A DNA stretch of 64,000 nt, from the NCBI GenBank assembly GCA_964016885.1, contig OZ024740.1:262756001-262820000 (forward strand), written 5' to 3'. Below the pieces are notes generated by a model, which was given only the letters and a program-made list of their open reading frames with translations, ran no database searches and had not been told where the DNA came from. The translations under genes and the position numbers were made by a program. This document shows, piece by piece, positions 54,156 through 64,000 of the stretch. The first letter of the stretch is position 1; each line of letters begins with the position of its first letter. Origin of the DNA: Eledone cirrhosa. Lineage: Eukaryota.

Positions 54156-56268
54156 ATCGTATATTTATGAAATACAAACGATTTAAAATTGTTCATAGAG
54201 AATATTATTTGGAAGGTGTAACGGTGTGTAGAGAGTCATGTGTGGTGTGCCTGAGTAGCTGTTATCTGAGAAAGCAGGCTGCTATGACGGAATCACATAA
54301 CGAAGAAGTGAACAAACACATTATTTCGCTCAATACAATACTACAGCAGACTGAATAATTATAACAAAGTTGGCAAGATATTGATGAGGCACGTCTTTCT
54401 AGAGTCCAAATCGAAGTATGAGCCACAAGTAGAATGAACTAGGTGCCTTCCGATGAACAGCAAATATCCTACAGCATTAATCCATGAACTAACTATTAGA
54501 AACTAACTATAGAAATGGCACCAGTCACTAAAAGAGAAAGTCAGATGATGCCATTATTATCCTTATTGCGTGTGAAATTGAGAAAAATCATCTACTTTTT
54601 CATGAGTATAACATGTCTGTGCAAGAAGGCTCTTTGAATCACGTCAGAAAAGTAAGACACTGTATGTATTGAAATTTGCCGCACCTACTAAGACCCCGCT
54701 CTTCTGGCCTATCACGCCGGGATCAGGTACTGATCGTACATTGCGTAAGTATGTGTTATCAGGGCCAGATAAAGAAAAGGAGGTAACAAGAAATCTTGGA
54801 GGTTATTACGGGAAAGGAAATGAAACCCGATTCATATACGACAGGAAATATGCATGTTACAGTCAACAGCATGATTGATATTGAGAAGGCGGGACCCATC
54901 ATCATTGATGGTCCAATTGACACAGGCAATATATATTTCACGAACTAACTATTGACAAAACTTGTCCAAAGAAATATTTGCTATTGCTTTAGAATCAAAT
55001 ACCGTTGCAGCATCGCTTGTAAATTTGGGTAGAACTACCTACGGACAATTTACCTCAAAGGGACACAAACGAGTGATATAGGCTTTGGGTAAAACAATGC
55101 AAGGTTCTAATAACAAAACATAAAACAGATGGCGTAACAATATCTATTGCTGGCGGTTCAAAACAAACTGCATATAAATTCACGAAATATGAAGGCTGAT
55201 CAGAAGTTTGTCGAATGTCTCACGATGGGCCCTAGAAATTGATCCCTGATCTCTTGAACGACAATAACTACAGATCAACTTACACGTAAGAAGAAGAGGA
55301 AGAAGGGAAGAAGGTAAATTACTCTCTGAAAACCTCGTATTCTTGGTTGCACGTTCTCCCCTCGCACCTTATCGCCAGTAAGCGTCTCTGGGATTATCGC
55401 ATTCATGAGTTCGTTACATAACTACGGTCGTCTTCAAAGGGCTCCACAGACCACATTCAATCTTCGGTCGGTTATATCATTAAAAGTGAACCTGATTTGC
55501 AAAGCCTTATTTAATATTCACATCAGAGAATGTTGTCCCAAATAGATTTTTGTATGTATAATATTAACAGCGAGAAAAGTTGCTGTCTGAGAAAAAAGGT
55601 GAAAGTTGCCGAACATGCAACTGGGAGAAAAATGATGGTCCAAATCGTCAGATACTGATTTCACAGAAACAGGTTGTAAATTATCCAGCCGATTTTATGT
55701 ACAACCTCTAATAGCAGGATCGTGTCCATGTAATCTAATACTGAGGATCACTTACGCCACATAATCTGCCGCTGGGGCTTAGGTATATGTGGTTTCATAA
55801 CGGATATCTTCCAAAGTATGTAAATGAGATGAGAATCACCATAAGAAATGCGGTCTGATATTCTGGACTTCACATCATATCACGAAAATTGACTGGTGAC
55901 AATTGTTCCTCTCTAGGATTATCACTGAAGTCAACAGGTTTACCATTTAAAGCCCAAAACTTGGCCATAACCATCAACTATTCTTAAAGTTAATGTAAGG
56001 AAATATGCGGATCCTATATTTTTCACATGTTCAGCTGAATATTATGATTTCAAGTAATTGGAAACTTGGTCATCCCTTCACCGTATCACTACATGGAAAA
56101 TCTAAAATGTTTAACCTGTTCTTTTAAAATGAACAATCACAATATTTCGCAGTAATTCATACTTTAAACATAATACAAATGGAATATAATTAGTTTAATT
56201 ATATGGTATGTTATGCTTGCCCAATGGTGAGCCAAGCTGCTCCGGAGTTAAACCTGTGTATTCGCAGG

Positions 56269-56337
<69 letters not shown>

Positions 56338-56338
56338 A

Positions 56339-56697
56339 GGCGGTGGTTTAGGAGTATCGGTAGAGCGTCAGACATCAAGCTTTGCAGTATAGAGTTATGA
56401 CCCTTTACTTTCTGAGTTCAAATCCCGCCGAGGTTAAATTTGCCTTTCATCCTTACGGAGTCGATAAATGAAAATACCAATAATTGTTTCTAGTTTTGGC
56501 AGAAGGCCAGCAATTACCCAGTACATTACTGGTACTTTATTTTATCGACTCTGTAAGGATGAAAAGCAAAGTTAACCTCGGCACCAATAATGCACTGTCG
56601 TAATAGCTGGCCTTGTGCTAAAAGTAGAAACATTATAAAGTACCAGTAATGCACTGGGTAATTGCCTGCCCTATGCATAAAGTAGAAACAATTATTT
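56339..56697. mobile_element. Cluster of Meta-like SINE pieces in both orientations
   Basis: A + copy at 56339-56480, a - fragment at 56483-56582, and two + 3' ends to 56697. Confidence 0.7.
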
Positions 56698-56706
56698 TCA
56701 ATAAAG

Positions 56707-56810
<104 letters not shown>

Positions 56811-56849
56811 AAGAAACATCTCTCTCTCTATATATGTATATATATATAT

Positions 56850-57302
56850 ATATTGTTATACTTTGGGAGGGTCATGTTGCCAATAAGAAACACACGCACC
56901 AGATGCTTTCACTTCAATTTATTATATATTTATACATTTATAAATTTCTGGTTGGTTGGTTGGTTCCACAACCAGATAGTTGTTTATATATAGTCATAGT
57001 TCAGAAACAAAATGGCGTAGGACAGAACAAAGGAGAGGCACAGAAACAAAGAAAGGAATCCCCAGTCACTGAAGAGGTCACAGAGTGTGTGACGAAAGAA
57101 CTACGACTATATATAAACAACTATCTGGTTGTGGAACCAACCAACCAACCAGAAATTTATAAATTTATAAATATATAATAAATTGAAGTGAAAGCAACTG
57201 GTGCGTGTTTTTGTTATTGGCAACATGACCCTCCCAAAGTATAACAATATCGGTTTCAACACGATTTCAGATAAATAATCTTGGTAAACAAATTCAGAAA
57301 CG

Positions 57303-57305
<3 letters not shown>
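56850..57305 (+). mobile_element. Fold-back PLE-type element containing an HHR
   Basis: 153-bp inverted repeats at 56850-57002 and 57098-57250, a ~55-bp tail, and (TA)n flanks. Confidence 0.8.
57064..57108 (+). ncRNA. Minimal type I hammerhead ribozyme motif
   Basis: AGTCA-CTGAAGA-G-GTCACA gagtg TGTGAC-GAAA-GAAC-TA-CGACT. The inverted arm reads TGACT, which restores full stem I pairing. Confidence 0.75.
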
Positions 57306-57340
<35 letters not shown>

Positions 57341-57343
57341 GAA

Positions 57344-57469
<126 letters not shown>

Positions 57470-57592
57470 AACGTTTCGTTCACATGCGGGAGAAATAGAA
57501 GCTGATCTGTGAAATAACATATATATATCAAATATATATATATTTACATACTTTTATGGTGTTGTTCTTGTAGTAACTGGCCTTAATAACTG

Positions 57593-57637
<45 letters not shown>

Positions 57638-58596
57638 AAGTGTATGTGTGTATATGTATGTGTGTATGCGTGTGTGTACGTGTGCGCGTGTATATGCACA
57701 CACGTACACACACGCATACACACAAACAGATACACCCCTCCACACACAAACACATGTATGAAATATGAAATTATATAAAACTGATAATTTTGTATTTTAT
57801 CTGTTCATTTCTTTATTTAAAATTGATTGGAATGTTTTAATAGCGAATTCATAGTCATGAAGTGACTTTCTTTTGTATCTGATCGTTTCATTCTGATTTG
57901 ACTTCTTCTTGTATCTAAACGAAGAATAAACTCACACAAGGTGACGTTAGGTTCAAAAACCAATTATCCAAATACGTTTTTATTCAACAGACTTTCCTTT
58001 TGCATTTCCTACCTAGCGGCAATGCTAAGAGGCTTTAAGTTGATAATTTTATTGGCAGAAGTGAGGTTTCTCAACCGAATTCCTAGAATGATAACCAAAT
58101 TACATGTTTTGCTGATTATCGCTTTCTTCTTTGCCCTGAAATGAAGAACTGAATTTCTTTATCACTCAAACATTTACATCTATTTAACATCTAAGCCAAA
58201 AATTGTTAAGCGCCTTCCAGCATCTAAGCTGAGTCAATATCTGAGAAACTGTGTGCTTCTTGTTGTTTGAAACAGTTTAACCTTAAGCTATTGGTTAGGT
58301 TGAAGTATAAACATCTTATATTTGTATATATATATATATATATGTGTGTGTTTGTGTGTGTGTGTGTGTATGTATGTAGGGTATCTACATAATTATATGC
58401 TCACACACACACACATATATATATATATATACAAAGAGTGAGACAGAATAGATATATATGTGTATCTGTGTTTGCGATTGTTTATGTATGGGCAGTACAT
58501 TTTCATCCAAAACTGTTATATATACATAGACAAAGATACACATACATACATACAAATATATATATATATGTATATATATTATATATATATATGTGA

Positions 58597-58713
58597 AGGC
58601 GTGTGGCTGAGTGGTTAGAAAATTGGGTTCGCAATCGTAAGGTTGTGAGTTCGATTCCTGGACCAGGCGATGCGTTATGTCCTTGAGCAAGACACTTTAT
58701 TTCACGTTGCTCC
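58597..58713 (+). mobile_element. tRNA-derived SINE 5' part (CORE/V-type)
   Basis: TGGCTGAGTGG A box, GTTCGATTCC B box, then GTCCTTGAGCAAGACACTTTATTTCAC. Confidence 0.8.
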
Positions 58714-58810
58714 TTCTACCTGGAGTTGCGACCGATAGATAGTATTAACAATTGGAAAGGCCAACGGAAACATTGTTCCCTCGGTCCGATTTGACGAAAG
58801 TCGATCGTTC

Positions 58811-58856
<46 letters not shown>

Positions 58857-58924
58857 GAGAGGAGAGAGTGAGTGTGAGAGACAGAGAGAGAGAAACGGAC
58901 TGGAAAAGTTAGACAGATAGATAT

Positions 58925-61900
58925 GTTTCTTTATTAGCCAGTCGCCCATTTTCCTCGATCTTTTCTTGACCCAGGACTGCAGTTCGGTCAGCGAGAGGAG
59001 TCGTGGGAAGGCACGCTTCACGAACGGGGCCCACACTGGTTGCTCGGTGAGGAATACGTGGAAGTGCTGCAGCCTGAAGCATGTTTGCGGATCGTCAGAC
59101 ACGGCAACCCCAGCCCCCCCCCCCCCCTGGAAGGTTGTTGGCAGCAGATGGATCTTCTTAACAAAGGAGCCCGTTTCTTACAAAGGAATTGGAAGAGCGC
59201 GCGCTCCATTTTGGTGAGCGTTTTGGCAGGACAAGGCACGACGGTCAAATGGTAGTAGATGGCGGACGCTATAAAAGTGTTCGCCACCTGGGCTCGACAT
59301 TTCAAGGATAGTTTGAACTCGGCCCACTTCTGGGTGAGCGCAAACACCTCGTTCCAGTTCTTCTCCGGTCCTTCCGTCTAGCGTCCGACAACCTCATCGG
59401 AAAGCATCGGTTTGCCTCTCCTGTTTGCCTCACTGAAGCCGGGTTTACACCCTACCATCTCTACGATGTATCGCATGAGGTGGAGGTTGTCGCGTATGGA
59501 CCTGGTCGGGATTGCGCATGTCTGCGCTTCTCCCACCAGGATTTTGACGACAAGCACCAGCCTCTTTGCCACCTTGGCCAAAACACCTTGGCCAAAATCT
59601 GTAACTGCGTTTAGCAGAGTTATGGGCCGGATGTTGCCTATGTCATCCCTCTTATTCTCGTCCTTTCTGACTAGCGTGACTACACCCTTGGTGACAGAAC
59701 TGGGAATTCTCCCGTTCTTTTGCCAGTTGCAGTAGACCGCTTCCAGAAGAACAGAGAACAAGTCCGGCATTGCTACGTAAAATTCGTAGGGTAGACCGTC
59801 GAGACCTGGAGATTTGCATTTGCCGCATTTGCTCAGCCCGTCCCCTATCTCAACAGCCGAGAGTCGCGGCAGGCCGTCTAGGTATGGACAGAAATCCATA
59901 GCCCCTCTCGGCGCGCCGCCCTGCCCGAACATTTGAGCAAAGTGCCGCTGAAAGGCTGCGCACCTCTGCTTCGGCACAAGTATCACGGGTCCTTCTTGGT
60001 TCTTCAAAGACCGAATCGTGGACATGTTGCCAATTTTCTCCTTCGCCACTCGGGCCCAGCTAACAGCTTTGGCTCCCTCGTTACCCAGAGCACGTATTTT
60101 GCTTCTGACAACGCAGCCCTCGTGCTTTGCATCGAAAAACTGGTCCAATGCCGTTCTCGTCGCTAGCACGCTGGCTACGTTGCCACTTCTAATTGCCTCT
60201 TCTACTTTATCTACCAATTCCTTCTCGGTCCCATTTCTATCTAACGCTAATTCTTTACTAAAAACTGACGAGTCTAATCTAACTGCCCTCTTGAGAGAGT
60301 ACTACCATCTGTTGTTGACAATGGCCCCTGTCAAGTGCTGTTTAACTAAAGTGCTAATCCGTCTACTGTAGGCTTTGCATGTCGGTAACACGTTCAGCTT
60401 CCAGGAGCCGGGTCCCTATATATGGATTCTATCAAGGTTGACCATGCAGGTCACTAGTTTGTGATCTGAATAGGCAACCATGAACATTTGTAGACAGCTT
60501 AACATGTCCCTATCCTTATTTCTAACTAGAGCCCTATCTAGGTACGATCTAGTTGTTCCGCTACGATTAGTCCACGTCCACAGTGGTACCGTCGGAAAAT
60601 CTAGTCGATATATATCGGCCAGGTCAAATCGGCCGATTAACTGTTTGAGGCTGTTACACCCCCCTTTATCGGGATATGCTCCCACATAGTCCAAACGTGC
60701 ATCTAGGATTCCATTCCAGTCCCCCACTAAAAGGAAGGAGCGGGACGTTCCCAGAAAAGTCTCTAGCCGTTTGAAGAAGTCTGGCCGCGGAGTCCCGGAT
60801 GGGGGATATGCGACCACCAGCCCGAAGGCTCCACCTTCACTACCGTCAACGTCTAGGACCACCAGTCGACCCTCCGGGTCCAGATGTACCGTCTGTGTTA
60901 CGAGGCCCAGGTGTTTCCTCAGCAAAACAGTAACCCCGCCACCACCTCCCGGCTGACATATAGATGCGTAGATCTCAGTCATCGAAGATGGGAGCCAGTT
61001 GTCGCTCGCTGTGGATCCTGGACTCGCAGGTAGCAATTACATCCATACTGTGCGACCTGAGGTCGTTTAAGAGTTTGCCCTGTTTCCAGTGCATCCCCAG
61101 GCCGCGCACATTCACACATCCGACTTTTATATCGGCCATGTTGGTGAGGAAGATTTAGAAAAGAAGAGGAAAGAATTCACTTACCTCCTCGCTTCCTGGA
61201 GACCAGGCTGCACAATGTCCATGGGGGTGTTGGAGGGGTTGTTTGGTAGGGTCGTGGTTCCTGGCGGGGTGGGGACGGGGATGTTTGGTGGGGAGGGGGT
61301 GTCTGGCGAAGTGAGATGTCTGGGGCGGGGGTGGGGAAACGTTTCAAGAGGACGCAGTTCGTTGGTTTAACACACATATTCCCCACGTCCTCGGCAAAGT
61401 TTTCCTTTAAGACATATACGTGTCCGTAAGGACCCTAATCATCCTTAAATTAGGTTTGTCTTTACATTTGGTAAAATATTTCCATTCTGTTTCCACGGAA
61501 GGGTTTTTGGAGATGACATCCATCAAGGTCTTATTGTCAGTGTTTATGTATGTATAATATTTTTGTTGTGTTGTGTTAGTTTTTGTCTGTTGTTCTTGTG
61601 AGTGTTTTCGTTTTGTTGTAGGTATTTGTGTTTGGAGTGTTGTCATTGTTTTGTTTTCGGGAGGGGGGATTTTTGTTTGTAATGTTTGTGTTGTTTGTGT
61701 TGGTGGTTGTGTGTTTGTTGCCTTTTTGTTCGTGTTATGTCTTTTTTTCTTTTGTTTTTGAGCGGAGGGGTTCTCCCTCATCATCACTGAGTGATGACGA
61801 GGGGGCTTCGTCCGTTGTGGTGTCTGTTTGAATGGGGAGGGGTACGTTTTAGGGAGCTGCTGTGCTTGTGGGTGTTTTGGGAGTTGTTTTAGGTGGGGAG

Positions 61901-63245
61901 GGGTTGGGTGGGACTGTGTTTGCAGTTTGGTTGTTTTGGTTATTTGTGTGTGTTGTCTTGTTGTTGTGGTGGTGGTGGTTGTGTTGTTGTGTTGGGTGTC
62001 GGCAGTAGTGCATTTTTTTTAAATGCAGTTAATTGAGGACAGGAAGCCCTCAGGGGACCACTGCTTAAACAGTGGTAACGTGAAGGCCACTTACCCTCAA
62101 CAGAAATGTTTACGTAGGAAACTCCATCCAGAGACACACGTTGTGGGATACTAGTTATTCGTTCTGGCCTCATTTGGACCAGAACTTCTAAGGTAGTACC
62201 CTTAAATATACTCCTGGGGGACTTTCCTACCGAAATTAATGTGTCTTCGACAAAGCTTATGAAGCCACTCAATATCCACCAGATATTTACATTTGGTGTG
62301 ATTCTTGTTACCCTTATTTTGGGGGTTCTTTTTCCCATATATGTGGAGGAAAAGGTGTAGAGGGGGGACACAATTGGCGACAGAGAATATGTCTGTGCCG
62401 TCAATTGGTCTTTCATTATTATTGATAAACTCCAGAAGAGTTTTCCCTTCTGTATGAAAGGAATGTCCTTCATGGAGTTTCTTAGAACCAGCTCAATTTC
62501 GTTTTGAGTTAATTGAGCTGGTTTTCTAGTGGTGTTTGAAACTGTCCTGAAAACTATAGTTTTCAGGACAGTTTCTCTAGGCAATTATTGGGGAGAAGTG
62601 ATGCTAAAAGCGCCATTCTCCTCCAAAAATTATATTTTGCTTGGCATCTCTAGTAATTCTCCATCATTAGAGATGTCAATCTGTGTATATAGTTCCGTCT
62701 TTTGGACTGTTTGTGCGAACGAAACCTCTTTTACCTTCTTTGTGGAGTTGTTCTTGTTGGTGTTGTTGTCATTACTGTTGTTGGTGTTGGTGTTGTTGTT
62801 ATCATTGTTGCTGTTGTTGTTGTTGTTGTTGTTGTTGTTGTCATTGTTGTCGTTGTTGTTGTTTTTGTCGTTCTCAATTGCTTGATTTGTGGTTGTGGAA
62901 TTCATTTGTGAAGTTGTTTTTTTTCTTGTTCAATATTTTACGTGCCGTATGTGTTTCCATACTTTTATTTTGGTGTGATTTATCACGGCCACTACCTGTT
63001 GCCATAGTGACATTCATTTCAACGCTCACATTTTCACTTATGGCGGGAAGCGCTTCGATTTTATCATTCATAGTTAAAACAATTTGTTATACATTTTTAT
63101 GAAAATTTCAATGACCCACCCACTGACAATTTAGTCGGAGAGTCAATCTATACAGTGCTATATTTTTTAAAACAATAATTTTTGTTTTCTATAAATTTAA
63201 AGACAAAAGCTTACCAGCGTGACAGGCACACAACTTCTCAGACAA
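58925..63245 (-). mobile_element. Tx1-like copy E (second family), with large internal deletions
   Basis: ORF1 at ~63071-61177 (VSFAQTV, YHCLSSGPLRASC); ORF2 from ATG 61139 (MADIKVGCVNVRGL, GDWN, YSDH, KSPGLDG); ends AATAAAGAAAC-ATATCTATCT. Confidence 0.9.
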
Positions 63246-63259
63246 TAGATAGGTAGATA

Positions 63260-64000
63260 CGTTTCTTTATTAGCCACAGGGGAAAAAAAGAAGGGGACAA
63301 ATACAAAGGTGGAAGTTTACATACAATATAACGTGTAAAATATTATCACAAATGCAATTTAAAAATTAGTCGATTTTCCCCAATAGGGGGAGACATTACA
63401 TATGGGTAACACATACCCCCGAAAAAAAATGTGCAACCCTCATCTCCAGGAGTACGAAGAGTTTGTACTCCTTTCCTCTCCTCCTCCTTTTCCTCAACCT
63501 ACAGACTGATATAGAGAAAAGGCAAATTCACTCGGGCCATTCTCGCCACTTTCACCCACCTTTCATAAAACTTGCTGGGGTACAGCACCTCTCTCTCAAT
63601 CATGATTCTTCTTCCAAAGTTGTATTTGAAAAAAAGAATCAGTTGTTGGCCGGAGAGAAAGGTGTCTGACCTCAGCCCTTTCAACCTTGTCCACCATACA
63701 ACCTCTTTCACCATAGCTATCACACAAAGGAAAACCGCCTCTCCTTCGTTTTTGAAGGAGGGTGGCGGCGATCATGACAATGGACTCGGTGGTCAACCGG
63801 ATTGCTCCTACCGAACAGACTGGCCAGTTCGTCTTCCTCTACGCCTAGAGTTTCACCGAGCGCGTCGTCGCACTTGCTGCGGATCAAGCCTCTATAGAAT
63901 GACGAAGTGGTGTCTCCACTGATCGCAGGGTCCGCCTGCCAGAGGGCTGTGAGCGCCTGAGCAAATTCGATGTGCCAGTCGCCCATTTTCTTCGGTCTTT
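63260..64000 (-). mobile_element. Tx1-like copy F, 3' end (runs off the window)
   Basis: ORF2 C-terminus (EVVWWTRLKG..FYERWVKVA), 3' UTR, then AATAAAGAAAC-GTATCTACCTATCTAT. Confidence 0.88.

Noticed and set aside
54250-55950. Possible very old BEL/Pao LTR-element remnant
   Set aside because: Only a faint resemblance (an ITDI-like string near 55800), with no LTRs or open frames.

Overview
An AT-rich eukaryotic window made almost entirely of repeats, with no host gene I can support. The SINE types and the density of (TA)n, (CA)n, (TATG)n and (ATT)n tracts suggest a cephalopod such as Octopus (inference). It contains: (i) seven degraded Tx1-like (L1 clade) non-LTR retrotransposon copies, five on + stacked in (ATT)n tracts (29.4-53.5 kb) and two on - joined by (TATC)n (58.9-64 kb); (ii) R4/Dong-like RLE-endonuclease elements in (CATA)n and (TAA)n tracts; (iii) RTE-like 3' ends; (iv) a 5'-truncated Penelope-like element (PLE; RT plus GIY-YIG) with inverted pseudo-LTRs; and (v) many tRNA-derived SINEs. 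Three signals stand out. First, there are about ten minimal type I hammerhead ribozyme (HHR) motifs, most inside short non-coding fold-back elements inserted in (TA)n and sharing one architecture; some carry a compensatory U3-A8 core. Second, a conserved AG|GTAAGT splice donor overlaps the Tx1 ORF1 stop, and in the best copy a 52-nt intron would fuse ORF1 in frame to ORF2. Third, each retroelement class sits in its own microsatellite motif. All calls were made by eye and none is experimentally or computationally verified.
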